A DNA stretch of 63,062 nt, counting the filler, from Octopus bimaculoides (lineage: Eukaryota), in assembly GCF_001194135.2 (NCBI RefSeq). It is 6 parts of 6 records of this genome, joined end to end, with 100 filler letters (N's around TTAATTAATTAA, not from the genome) between each part and the next. Parts side by side here need not be neighbours in the genome. Positions count along the whole stretch, not along the records: positions 58,151 to 63,062 come from NC_068998.1; 5 more parts are not named here. One strand, written 5' to 3'. Positions within the stretch are counted from its first letter, which is position 1. Each line of letters opens with the position of its first letter. The notes under the pieces are model-generated. The model was not told where the DNA came from and ran no database searches. It saw only the letters and a list, made by a program, of their open reading frames with translations. Below are positions 62,549-63,062 of this stretch, one piece after another. The position numbers and the translations under genes are program-made.

Positions 62549-62924
62549 CACCTCCACTCATATTTTATACATAAACATTATACAGTCTATTCTTCATTCA
62601 AAAAGGAAAGACCACTCTTACCAACTCTGCTAACAGATGTCAGGTGATTCCATCAGAGATAATACCTTTCATTAAAGTATTATAATGCAACTTACACTCA
62701 GTTTTCTGAGTGTAAGTTGCTTCCTAATTGCATTCGTACAAGATTTAAGACAGGTAAATTTTCCCAAATGATAATCTTCACACGCTATTATCAATAATCT
62801 TTACCTGTATACTGCAAGTGCATATGTCTGAAAGTGTGCTGTCTCTATCTGTGTGCATGCCTGCAAGTGAGCATACATCTGTCTGCGTGCACGATCATTA
62901 ATGTTTTTATGACCCCCACCGAGG

Positions 62925-63062
62925 CGATGACTACTGACCGAGACCTTTGGAAATGTGCTGTGCATGAGAAGACCTGGCAAGCCAAGTGAGATCGTTGCCA
63001 GTGCCCCTGGACTGGCTCTTGTGCAGGTGGCACATAAGATGTACCATCCTGAGCATGACCGT
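62925..63062 (+). mobile_element. Start of a family D repeat
   Basis: aagacctggcaagccaagtgagatcgttgccagtgcc resembles 29490/35290. Confidence 0.55.

Overview
AT-rich, microsatellite-dense, gap-ridden eukaryotic DNA. The SINE families look like those of an octopus/coleoid cephalopod (inference from recognition, not a database search). Five N-TTAATTAATTAA-N linkers split the window into six joined blocks. Main content 1: a compact cluster of intronless caspase-3/7-like sequences at 17.3-26.4 kb, with seven pieces in total. These are one gene with all catalytic and S1 residues intact (23851+), two open-frame but catalytically dead paralogues (17593+, 20948+), a head-to-head inverted paralogue whose substrate-binding loop is rewritten (23081-23351 -), and three decayed small-subunit remnants. 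Hand codon comparisons show a strong excess of amino-acid changes over silent changes between paralogues (31:2 and 11:0). This suggests a fast-evolving 'active caspase + decoy caspases' system. Main content 2: an unannotated two-exon minus-strand gene (60802-60712 + 58853-58735) for a 69-aa secreted precursor (signal peptide, KR site, CX3C-X11-CX3C mature peptide), which is not visible as one ORF in the track. The rest is TE debris: twin Tc1 DNA-binding-domain ORFs, a Ty3/gypsy fragment with one LTR, mariner, pogo and RTE fragments, many SINEs, and Penelope-type ends with minimal hammerhead ribozyme motifs. No CRISPR, rRNA or genuine tRNA was seen. All counts are manual and need computational confirmation.
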